Shown one piece after another: positions 10,675 through 21,470 of a stretch of 64,000 nt of DNA. Each line of letters opens with the position of its first letter. The first letter of the stretch is position 1. Below the pieces are notes generated by a model that had not been told where the DNA came from, did not search any database, and worked only from the letters and a program-made list of their open reading frames with translations. Where the stretch lies: assembly GCF_006345805.1 (NCBI RefSeq), contig NC_043003.1, forward strand, positions 22,940,001-23,004,000, in the 5' to 3' direction. A program made the position numbers and the translations under genes. This DNA comes from Octopus sinensis (Eukaryota).

Positions 10675-11445
10675 ATTATGCTTATGTTTTTTCCAGTTTC
10701 ACGCTTGAGCTGTGGCCATGCTGGGAAACACTCAATTACGGATAAAAGACCTGATATTTACGCATGTCAGGTCTCGACGACATGCGTAAATACACACTGG
10801 ACTGTGAATGATGTCACTGAATCTTAGGATACGTGCATTTCAACGTTCTTTCGCGTCCTCAAATACGAACAGAAATTCTGTCACCCTCGCCCCCAAAATG
10901 CATTCGTTTTCATACTAGAGCAGCGCACGTTATATCTGCTGATGTGCATAAGTCTTGGTCTAGCTAGAATTAAATAGAATCGTACGAAGCAGCATTAAGC
11001 ACAATATATTCATATAAAATGCCATTTAACACAATGGAGACGCTCAGGCCTCGGAGGCCTCCCACTCTGCTGCGGAAATAATCGCCAAAAAATATTTTCT
11101 TCTAGACTATATGTGTGATATCATATCTATGGCCTCGTGGATTAGCATAAATGAAACGGAAATGAGCCAACAGGAAGAACTCAGTGACATGTATTTGACT
11201 AACAAACACGATTATGAGTTGTTGAACTTGCTGAAGCTCATTCGAACGATGAAAAACACTCAACTACAGAAAACGACCTGACAGAAAATTCACCTCCTCG
11301 CATGTGTGAATATACTTTCACGCATGTGGCCACTGTACTCAGCGAAAATAACTGCGAAATCGCTTTCGAATCAGACACCACCCTCTTGAAAAAGGGAAGA
11401 AGATATTAGATGAAAAGGTTCTAGAACTCCCTAAAGTGGCTGAGA

Positions 11446-11570
11446 GTTGTTGTGTTTTCTCATCGTGTTTTCATGTTTGGATTAACTATATATATATATA
11501 ATGTCTACATATATAAATGGCGGTGCCCCAGCATGGCCACAGCTCAAGAGCTGAAACTGGAAAACATAAG

Positions 11571-11614
<44 letters not shown>

Positions 11615-11790
11615 ATTATATTATATATCTATATATATATATATATATGTATATACATATTTAATTATATATATATATAATATATATTAATCCAAACATT
11701 AAAACACGATGAGAAAACACAACAACGCGAGAACGTGGACCAAATATAGTATTATTGGATGCTCGGGAAGGAGGGAAGAAGTGGGGTTTT
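11446..11790. repeat. Tail-to-tail inverted pair of family-1 terminal repeats around (TA)n
   Basis: 11446-11485 and 11687-11726 are 39/40 identical inverted repeats; 11687-11790 is homologous to the reverse complement of 3694-3795. Confidence 0.8.
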
Positions 11791-11794
11791 TACT

Positions 11795-12081
11795 ATGACA
11801 TAAACACACCAGCATCGGTTGTCAAGCGATGTTAAGGGGACAAACACAGACACACAGACACATACTCACGCACACACGCACACACACACACACACACATA
11901 CATATACATACATATATATGACGGGCTTCTTTCAGTTTCCGTCTACCAAATTCACTCACAAGGCTTTGGTCGGCCCGAGGCTATAGTAGAAGACACTTGC
12001 CCAAGGTACCACACAATGGGACTGAACCCGGAACCATGTGGTTGGTAAGCACGCTACTTATCACACAGCCACTCCTACGCT
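11795..12081 (-). mobile_element. SINE B (3' truncated)
   Basis: Head and internal microsatellite present, tail absent. Confidence 0.85.
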
Positions 12082-12289
12082 TGTATTGTGTATATATCTT
12101 TGGTTAGATATACTCGATAGATATTTGACGCTTCAACCTGCTTCGAGATCATATAACGGGGAATATATTACATGAACAAATGGCACGAATCCAAGAATAC
12201 ATTATATATAATAATTACATACATATTTCACCATTATTGGCGAAAAAGTAATTATAAACAACGAAAAGAAAGTCACGACTAAAGATTAC

Positions 12290-12520
12290 TATTCTACCCG
12301 ATCAGGACCAACTAGCCTTGCTGGAGGAAACAAGGAAGTATGGCGATATAAGGAGAAGCAACTACTAAATTCATACCAGAGGAAACAGTAAGGAACCGTA
12401 AGAACTGGTTTGAAGTGTGGACGCACAAACAGAAAGCCTTTGACAGTAGACGATATTTGGTTGCATAATCGACGCGTTATATTCACTAAGTCTACAAACA
12501 CTGGCAGCTGCTATTCTATA
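12290..12520 (+). mobile_element. Highly degenerate R2/R4-type RT fragment
   Basis: Manual translations KEVWRYKEKQLL and RKNWFEVWTHKQKAFDS resemble the KEQLL and AWIDYxKAFDS RT motifs. Confidence 0.35.
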
Positions 12521-13763
12521 ACCAACAAAGACTCTAAAAAAAGTCTTTGCTTGACGAACCAATCAAATGTGACCGCAAAGCAATCAAATGTGACGCCATT
12601 CGTTATCAAATAGCTATTCTTTATGTAATAGCCTGTTGGTACTGTTCTTTATCGTTTCTTTGAAACCGTTATCGCAACTGGCCACAGAACACGGAGTTTA
12701 GAAAAATGAGCGCTTGGAATCTAGGAATATCTCTCACTTTTTCTTTGATGAGGATCTGAAGCTGTATGGGCCATGTATTAATCCTCTGGCTCTGATATCA
12801 GTTTGGTTCTGATTAATCCTTTGGTTCTGATATAATTCAATATTCAATGTTGAATGGGGGTTCAGCTGTATTCCATAACTATACTCCACAAATATTGGAA
12901 TAGATTTTAATAATTCCACAGGTATATATTTGGTAGCCAGAAGATAAGCAATTGCATCCACAGCAAAAAAAAAACAAAAAACAAAAAAAAAAACCGGCAT
13001 AAAACAACGAAATTCAAAAGAAAGTATCAAACTCACTAAACATGAAATGTCTCATCATACATTTCAAAAAATCAAAAGAGAGCTACAAGTATCTTGAACA
13101 CTATGTGAATTCAAATACGGCCCAGAAATGAATATGTCAAACGAGTGAAAAATATTTGGTTACTATATCCCCTTCAGCCTGTAGCAAGCAGTTTTCTCAG
13201 AACAGTTATCCAGTGGCTATCCAGCCACCTAATTTTGACCTTCTGTGTTTGTCCACCACCACCGCTTGACGCACGATGTTTGAGTTCTTATGTCCTCATA
13301 ACTTAGTGGTTCGGCAAAACTGACTGGTAGAATACGTACCAGGTTTAAGAAAAAAATACTAAGGGTGATTCGATCGACTATAAAACTTGAAAATGATGCT
13401 CCAGTATTACTGCACTCTAATGTTTGAGAAGATTAAACGATAAAAAATAAAGACGTCAGTTTTAAAATCATCTTTATGCATTCCAAGAGTAAGAAATCCT
13501 CACAAATTACAAATCTGTACAAAACAGAAAGAATCAGATGCCAACAAATGTAGGCTATGGAAAATCAAACTTAAAGGATTTAACCATATCCTTGTCATAT
13601 GCAAGAGAACGTCCTGTAGATATTACCTTCCTATAATACATGATGTGGCAGCCAGAGCAATCTGGAAAGGAATAAGAAAGAGAGGGGTCAAGCAATAAAG
13701 ATGAATACATCGAGATCGATGAAGTCTAAGAACAGAAAAAAAGTAAGCAAATTTTTTTATAGG

Positions 13764-14160
13764 CGTAGGAGTGGCTGTGTGGTAAATATCTTGCTTACCA
13801 ACCACATGGTTTCGGGTTCTGTCCCACTGCGTGGCACCTTGGGCAAATGTCTTCTACTATAGCCTCGGGCCTACCAAAGCCTTGTGAATGGATTTGGTAG
13901 ACGGAAACTGAAAGAAGCCCGTTGTATATATGTATATGTATGTGTGTGTGTATGTTTGTGTGTCTGTGTTTGTTCTCCCAACATCGCTTGACAACCGATG
14001 CTGGTGTGTTTACGTTCCCGTATCTTAGCGGTTCGCCAAAAGAAACCAATAGCATAAGTACTAGGCTTATAAAGAATAAGTCCTGGGGTCGATTTGTTCG
14101 ACTAAAGGCGGTGCTTCAGCATGGCCACAGTCCTATGACTGAAACAAGTAAAAGAGTAAA
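13764..14160 (+). mobile_element. SINE B
   Basis: Full-length match; degenerate copy at 13230-13440 and partial copy at 14230-14470. Confidence 0.9.
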
Positions 14161-14326
14161 TTAAAATGATCTGATGTTGTTTGCAATGAAAAACAATAGT
14201 ACGAAATACTCCGTTGTAGTTGGCCTATACGACATGGGTGTAGAAAGGGCAAGTGTCTTTCTACCAAAGCCTTGTGAGTGGATTTGGTAGACGGAAACTG
14301 AAAGGAGCCCGCCGTATATATGTATG

Positions 14327-14357
<31 letters not shown>

Positions 14358-14361
14358 TATT

Positions 14362-14401
<40 letters not shown>

Positions 14402-14471
14402 TGCGCGCGTGTGTGTGTGTGTCTGTGTGTGTGTGTGTCTGTGTGTCTGTGTGTATGTTTGTAATTTCTTT

Positions 14472-14571
14472 NNNNNNNNNNNNNNNNNNNNNNNNNNNNN
14501 NNNNNNNNNNNNNNNNNNNNNNNNNNNNNNNNNNNNNNNNNNNNNNNNNNNNNNNNNNNNNNNNNNNNNNN
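14472..14571. other. Assembly gap (100 N)
   Basis: Run of exactly 100 N, typical placeholder for a gap of unknown size. Confidence 0.99.
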
Positions 14572-14645
14572 ATTCTTCTTCTTCTTCTTCTTCTTTTCTT
14601 CTTCTTCTTCTTCTTCTTCTTATTATTATTATTATTATTATTATT

Positions 14646-15115
14646 CAGTAGTTTATTTTATAGCTGCTTCACTTCACTACCGAGCGCAGCTCTGTGGCTT
14701 GGGTATGTACTTGGGTATTGTGATGCTCTTACGGTTATGTATTGAAAGTGTTTTGTTAGGGATGTGTGCAGTGCAGAAGTGCCCAAGTGCAATTTTCTGT
14801 CTGTATATATATTTGTAAGTCCTCGTGTTTGTGTATATTTGTCTGATATTTTTTAATCATACCTAATGCGCCTACTATGCTAGGAATAGTTTCTGTTTTT
14901 AGATTCCACATTTGAGTTACCTCTATTCCCAGAAACGTTATCATCTGCTGGTATTGATACATCAATTAGAAAGCATTTTTTCTCTTCATGATCTCTGACA
15001 AATATATCTGGTCTGTTGGCCTTAATTTCTCTATCTGTGTGTATTGGCATATCCCAAACTTTGGTTGCTTTCTCGTTTTCTGTGACCTTTTCTGGTGTGT
15101 GTCTATACCATCTTT
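14646..15115 (-). mobile_element. R4/Dong-like non-LTR retrotransposon 3' fragment 1 (RLE endonuclease)
   Basis: Translation WYRHTPEKVTENEKATKVWDMPIHTDREIKANRPDIFVRDHEEKKCFLIDVSIPADDNV then IEVTQMWNLKTETIPSIVGALGMIKK; AATAAA then (TAA)n tail. Confidence 0.9.
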
Positions 15116-15149
15116 TATATTATCATTACTATTATTATTATCATCATCA

Positions 15150-15216
<67 letters not shown>

Positions 15217-15239
15217 TCTTATTATTATCATTGTTGTTG

Positions 15240-15688
15240 TTATTTCCATTTTGCTTTGTATTTGTACAAGTTGATTCCAGGTCTAACCCAAAGACCTCTA
15301 GAGATAACAAGTTAGAAGTTCAAGTTGGTGTTATGCCTAGGGTGCCATATATTTGGTTTTGCACAAAGTATTGATCTAAAGAATGTTTAAGAAAACATAA
15401 GAAAATTATAAGTTTGTTTTAAAATTTTAGATTACGTAGACAGTAGTTTACGTAGGATATGGACAGTTCCCATGAGCATTATCTTTTGAATTTCTGCCAC
15501 TTTGAGGTTTCCTGGTATCTAAGCTAAATAGAAATCAGCCCCTTTTGCTATCATTCCTAGGCCACTTATGACAACAGGTATTGTTTTAGTCTTGAGGTTC
15601 CACATTTTGCCAATTTCTATTTCAAGATCTTTATACTTAGTTTTTGTTAGTCCTTGTTAGAAACATTGATGCCGATTGGGACAGTCAT
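15240..15688 (-). mobile_element. R4/Dong-like 3' fragment 2 (different subfamily)
   Basis: KYKDLEIEIGKMWNLKTKTIPVVISGLGMIAKG...MGTVHILRKLLS; sense-strand (TAA)n on both sides. Confidence 0.85.
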
Positions 15689-15709
15689 ATTATTATTATT
15701 ATTATTATT

Positions 15710-16262
15710 GAGTGAGAGAGCAGTTCATGCCATCAAAGTGACACTGGGGTAAAATATACGAAGCCCAATATACCCATCATGACTACCCGTCTGATAAAGG
15801 TACACCAGGCACATGCATCACAACCATATGTGCGCGACATGGTGATCTCATATCAAGATAAACAGCACATGGCCTTGCAGGTGGGGCCCAGTTAGAATTT
15901 TCTTCAGGTTGAGTAGCCCATCCCGCTCAAACGGTCCCCGAATAAGGGTTGCTTTAGGATGTTGAACGAAACACCTATGTTTCCAGAGGTGAATTATCAA
16001 ACCCCAAAGAATCCCTCTCAACACATGGCCATGATGCTCCCCCACTACTTCTGCTCGTGATCAGAGATGCACATATCGTCAGCACTAAGGGACATGCTCA
16101 ACTGGTTAAAGTCAAACAACTGACAAGCAAATCTGTGGTATTGAGCAGAATATTTGCTGTAGCCCATCTTTTATACCAAGACAAAACAATGTACATGATA
16201 ACACTTCCAATCAGTTAAGATCAGAAGCCATGAGAGCCATTGCCTGGTACTGCATCAGGGCA
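15710..16262. mobile_element. ~550-bp non-coding element embedded in a (TAA)n tract
   Basis: Complex sequence of higher GC with sharp (TTA)n boundaries on both sides; no recognisable ORF. Confidence 0.55.
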
Positions 16263-16275
16263 TTTATTATTATTA

Positions 16276-16309
<34 letters not shown>

Positions 16310-16319
16310 CATTATAGTA

Positions 16320-16720
16320 AATAGGTGTGATTGTGTAGTAAGAAGCTTGCTTCCCAACCACATGCTTTCCGGGTTCAGTTCCACTGCATGGTACCTTGGA
16401 CAAGTGTATTCTACTATAGTCTCGGGCTGACAAAAGCCTTGTGAATGGATGAGGTAGACGGAAACTGAACGAAGCCTGTCGTATATATATATATATATGT
16501 TTGTGTGTCAGTGTTTGTCCCTACGTCATCGCTTGACAACAAATGTTGGCGTGCTTACGTGTGATTACGAAGTTAGCTGTTCGGCAAAAGAGACCGATAG
16601 AATAAGTACTAGGCTCACAAAGAATAAGTCCTGGGGTCGATTTATTCAGCTAAAGGCGGTGCTCCAGCATGGCCCCGGTCAAATGACGGAAACAAATAGA
16701 AGAAAGAAGAATAAAAAAAA
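16320..16720 (+). mobile_element. SINE B
   Basis: Diverged full-length match. Confidence 0.85.
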
Positions 16721-16734
16721 TAAGAGACAGAAGG

Positions 16735-17612
16735 GAAAGAAAATTCACTACGACAATGCTCTTCTCTGTATGTCTGACCTACCAGTTAAGACAATCTGTT
16801 GCACCTCCTGCATAGATGGTAAGCTAGGGATCATCGAGAAATAATTTTCAGTTCCCTTTTTTGATCATTCTAAGTGCTCCTACAACTTAAAGAGCTCCTA
16901 GAACCCCACATCTTTTCTGTTTCGATTAGCAAATTTTCATATTTTCTGAATTTAATCAATTCTTTTGCCAAGATATTATGGTCACAGACTATGTTCGTTT
17001 CACTCAATAAACAGACTTTATTGTTTTGGTCTTTCACAATATGATCTTGTTTATTTGCCTTGATGGTCTGGTCCCTACATATTGGAAAGCCCCAAAGAAT
17101 CGTTACATTTTCTCCCTCAGCTACAACCTCAGGGTTGTGCTTGTACCATTTGTCAGCAGTTTTAATTTTATAATGTCGACACATTAATCCAATTTAGATA
17201 TTGGCCAACTCTGTCATGTCTTGATTTGCACTCTACAGGTGCTAAAACCTTATATCCAGAGATTAGATGATCCACTCTTTCAATCCCATCATTGCAGTAT
17301 CGGCACTTTGGGTGTACTCCATTTTTCCTCCCATTAGCTTGATAGTTCCGAGTTAATAAGCTCTGCTCTTGAACAGCCAAGATAAAACCTTCACTCTGTA
17401 TTTAGCCCTGAACTCCGTAGCCACAGATGGGTGTGTTTCTGGTCTACAGCAACTTGTTTGCTACAGGCCAACTATTTGCCATGGAGAGGTTTTTATTCCC
17501 ACCTATCAGTCAATTGTTCAAACGCATTTTGCTTTGCTACTGATTTCACCTTCTTTGCAACTACAGTCACCGCAGTTTTTTTTGCTCTCATTCATAACAG
17601 ATGAAACTTCTT
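16735..17612 (-). mobile_element. R4/Dong-like fragment 3 (zinc-knuckle region plus RLE endonuclease, frameshifted)
   Basis: ORFs 17168-17380 (QEQSLLTRNY..CRYCNDGIERVDHLISG..RHDRVGQY) and 16870-17184 (WYKHNP..ILW..ANKQD); C-terminus EVQQIVLTGRSDIQRRALS* near 16745. Confidence 0.9.
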
Positions 17613-17614
17613 AA

Positions 17615-17643
17615 ATAATATTAATAATGATGATGATAATAAT

Positions 17644-17694
<51 letters not shown>

Positions 17695-17743
17695 TGATGA
17701 TGATGATGATGACGATAACAACAACAACAACAACAATAATAAT

Positions 17744-17801
<58 letters not shown>

Positions 17802-17825
17802 TATTATTATTATTATTATTATTCA
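17615..17825. repeat. (AAT)n/(GAT)n/(AAC)n then (ATT)n compound microsatellite
   Basis: Direct inspection. Confidence 0.95.
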
Positions 17826-18586
17826 TCTATTTTTATTACAGATTATTTTATATTAGTATAATTTCTCCACTTGTTATAGTAATGCATTATGGCCTGTAGG
17901 GACTGAAAATTTAATTAGCTGTCAGTTCTTTTCGTGTTAGCCTTTGACTACAATAACAGACTAATTAGCGTTGGTCTTATTCTTTGTATGAATTTATCGT
18001 CTGCTGTCATTAGTTACCGAATGCAACTCCGTGTACATGGAGTATATGTAGTGTATTGGTTTTATATTGACCATTTCATTGAAAGTACACTATATTTTAC
18101 AAACACACAGAGACACAGAGGAGGAATGAGAGGTAGAAACTTGAATATAAGGCAAAATCTGAAGAAACTGCAGACCAATGTGGTGAACGGGGAAGAGCTA
18201 ACTTTGGAAAGAGCTGACTGGGGGAAACATAAGGCATATAAGACGAGGTTGTGAAACTTTCAAAGGGAGCAGCCTTGAACACAATAGGCTAAAACGAAGG
18301 CTTCCGAAGGGCTGTCATTCGAACTTCGGTGAGAGCATAAAGCGTTAGAGGTGAGGACCGTTTGGTCCTGTTCTTTCTACGTCTTCATAAGGATGGCTAT
18401 ACCAGCAGCCATTTGAAGTCGCATGAAAGACCAATTCTATGCAATGTCCTTCTCGCTAGAACCAGAAGACCCAACTTATGTCGTTTATGTAATAGTTTGC
18501 TGATACATGTATGTATGTATGTATGTATGTATGTATGTATGTATGTATGTATGTATGTATGTAGGTGTGTATATACATGTATGAGG

Positions 18587-18642
<56 letters not shown>

Positions 18643-18655
18643 ATATATATATTTA

Positions 18656-18866
18656 TATTTAATGTAGGATAACATTTTTTCGAAAAAAATTGTGAAAAAT
18701 TATATGGTTATGGACAGGTGTCTAATTTCGGCATATTTGGCATTAGAAATTTTTTCGTTTGCCCTTATTTATAAGTTGTTTATAAATTTAACCTTTAAAG
18801 GTATTTTTTAATATGCTGGCCATTGATGAAAATTTTTTTCGAAAAAATTTTATCCTACATTAAATA
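18656..18866. mobile_element. MITE with ~35-bp terminal inverted repeats
   Basis: TATTTAATGTAGGATAA(C/A)ATTTTTTCGAAAAAAATT at both ends, 1 mismatch. Confidence 0.8.
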
Positions 18867-19104
18867 TTTCTGTATTTTTATATTTGGTAAACTTTTCTAT
18901 TTCTTTCTGATGCATTATCCTGTTTAAAAAGAGCCTAAGTTATTTCCCTTCTTGATGGTCTTTCGCAGAAATATTTGGCTGATATCTATATGAACTAGCA
19001 TATCCCAATTTGTATCCATCGTGTCGTTCTCTGAGGCCTTAAAAAGTGTATATTTATAGCAACTATTTTTTCTTTCTGTTTGTTGCATTAAGATTAAATT
19101 TTAG

Positions 19105-19186
19105 GAAACGTACACGCGAGCTATCTTTCATTCAACCTGAATCGAATTGCGTGCCAGTGTTGTTTCGAAAATTCATATGCATAGAT
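19105..19186 (+). CDS. Candidate internal exon (82 nt, phase 2-0), product unknown
   Basis: Long T-rich tract then TTTTAG acceptor, GAT|GTAAGT donor, only one open frame. Confidence 0.25.
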
Positions 19187-19789
19187 GTAAGTATGATCTT
19201 CCGAGACTCAGACAAGAAGTCAATGACCTTGATGTTAGCAGCACTGGAGGTGGTTTTACACAGGTGGCTATTTATGACTCGATAGGGGCTGGAAAGCAGG
19301 TTTTCTTCAGGCTCATAAAATCTTTCCAATGATAATCTCTCTCATTTTTGTTAGTATGTAATTGGAATGGAATTTAGGATATATGCAAGATTTGTGTTGT
19401 GAGGTGTAAAAGTTTCGATAACATTCTGCGTTGTTTTTAACTGCCTAGAAGATTTTGCCTGGTTTTCTTCAACACCAATACTGACTTCGAAAAGCCTCGA
19501 GTCATCCAGATCGTACGCGGATAAAGTTTCCATTGCATATCCGACTGGGGTAGTTTGTGATTTATACGGATTTGGTGAAAAGAATATTGTTAATTTTGGC
19601 AAAGTAAAACCTTCAATCGTGACTGACATACGAATCTCGTAGTAAAATTTCTTTCCTACAGGCTCCAACTATCTCTCACTTTTTAAATCGTTTGCTTGTT
19701 TATTTTAGCATCAAAAACTCAAGCACTACACATATCGGTAAAAATATCCCTTCATCTCATCTCCACTAAATATATTTGCCACATTTACT

Positions 19790-19990
19790 TGAAACTTCAC
19801 TGTTGCTTCAAGCGTCTCCCTGCTGGCGAAAGCACACCTTTAACATAACGATGTTAGTCTGTACACTCCAAACACTAGCCTTTCTCTTCGGGACGAGAAA
19901 ATATTTCAGTCCGCAACACCAGCTGGTACTCTACAAGACTCAAACAAGATGCATATTTGAGTACTGCTTCTACATCTGGAACGTTGCTGC
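19790..19990 (+). mobile_element. CR1/Jockey-like LINE RT C-terminal fragment
   Basis: WRKHTFNI...LAFLFGTRKYFSPQHQLVLYKTQTRCIFEYCFYIW resembles the LYKxxIRPxLEYCSxIW motif. Confidence 0.7.
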
Positions 19991-20109
19991 TGCTATTGTT
20001 GCTGTTGTTGTTAAGCAGCAAGACGGGTAAGGGTGATTAGGTGATGGTGTAGAGCTTAGGAGCGGGAGACCCTAGACCTTGGAAGAAAAAAAAATTTGGT
20101 CGTCCTTTT

Positions 20110-20360
20110 ATAGTCGAGGGCTCTTCGTTGACGCCCGACGCCACTGGGAGGTGGCCCTCGAAGTCACTGCAAATGGAGATCTCCAGGTCCAAATTCTTGA
20201 ACGGCTGTTGCTGCTGCTTCTGATGCTGTTACTTAGAAAAACACCCTGGACTGTATCCAGAGAAAGGCCACTCAACTGATTCACTAATAGACACAGTTTA
20301 TTCTCTGACCCTCTGACGTTTCCTATTGTTACTGTATGACCGTTGTTCTTGGAGCTGGCT
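20110..20360 (-). mobile_element. Degenerate LINE APE endonuclease N-terminus (L1/Tx1-like)
   Basis: TVTIGNVRGSENKLCLLVNQLSGLSLDTV resembles xNVRGL..K...L..L..DV. Confidence 0.4.
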
Positions 20361-21059
20361 AGTTTCCTGCCTTCACCATTCTGGCATCCCATTCCACTTG
20401 TCTCTTCAATTGTGGCATTCGCCCTTCCAGACTCGCATTAACTATTATGCTTTGTCCTTCCACCCCTGAATATCGAAATACTAGAATGTCTTCCCTGCTC
20501 ATGCCTTTCCTGCGAATGATGACCAGCAAAAAGGTAAACGGAATATTAATGGTATCAAGCTCAACGTTCTCGGAGAGATTGTAATTGCTGTGGGTAATAT
20601 CCTCTAGACTCAATAAATAGCACAAATCCATGATTACACAATCGATTACGAAAGAATTAAAAAGAACCAGGATCCTGTAAATGGAATAAATCGTGTCTGG
20701 CACTGAAAAAGTTCAGCAGTCAGATTAACGAATTAATTAAGCAGGAAATGATCGTTGCAATAATTAATTACCAGTGTTGTTTCTCACTAGCAGTTTACAG
20801 GATCAGCAAAGGTATAGCAAGAGAGAACATAAGTTAACATTTCAGGTTCATGTTTTTATGTCGAACGTTATTCCTTCGAATATTATCACATATGACAGGG
20901 ATCCTAGTATCAGGCAAGTCTATCGTGAAGGTCGAATCAATCCAGTGTGCGTATGTTTTACTTCAGCTGGAAGAAATAGTATGCTAGCGGTCGACATGAA
21001 GTTGGTGATATCAAAATACCAAAGGCTGTGTGAAACAGTCATCAGAGCATCTTAGGGAA

Positions 21060-21470
21060 TTCTATTACACGTTTATGGCAGCTTCTCATAGAATTACAGA
21101 AACAACGAAGAGCAGCCACTATGTCACCAGGAAATTTAAATGCATCAACACTCTGTAATGCTACAAGATTAGCTGTTACAAAAAACGCCTCCTGCGATCG
21201 AGGCCTCGATTATTAGAGGATGTACCAAGAGAGATGTTTTCATTCCTTCACACCTTTTCTTCATGCAAAGAAGATATTGTTTCAGTTTAGGCGCCACCAG
21301 TTTCCAGTTACACTGATCTTTTCAATGAAAATCAACAAGTCTCAGGGACAGAACTTAATTGTTGCTAAATTTGTAACAACATATTCTTGTTTCTCTTATG
21401 GGAAGTTCCATAACGCATTCTCAAGTTTTCGAGCTTGCGAACCACTTCAGTACAGTTCTTTCGGATAAAG
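21060..21470 (+). mobile_element. Helitron PIF1-helicase fragment (pseudogenised)
   Basis: NLNASTLCNATRL...FQFRRHQFPVTLIFSMKINKSQGQNL...CFSYG, matching CNGTR and TINKSQGQ helicase motifs, with frameshifts. Confidence 0.88.
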
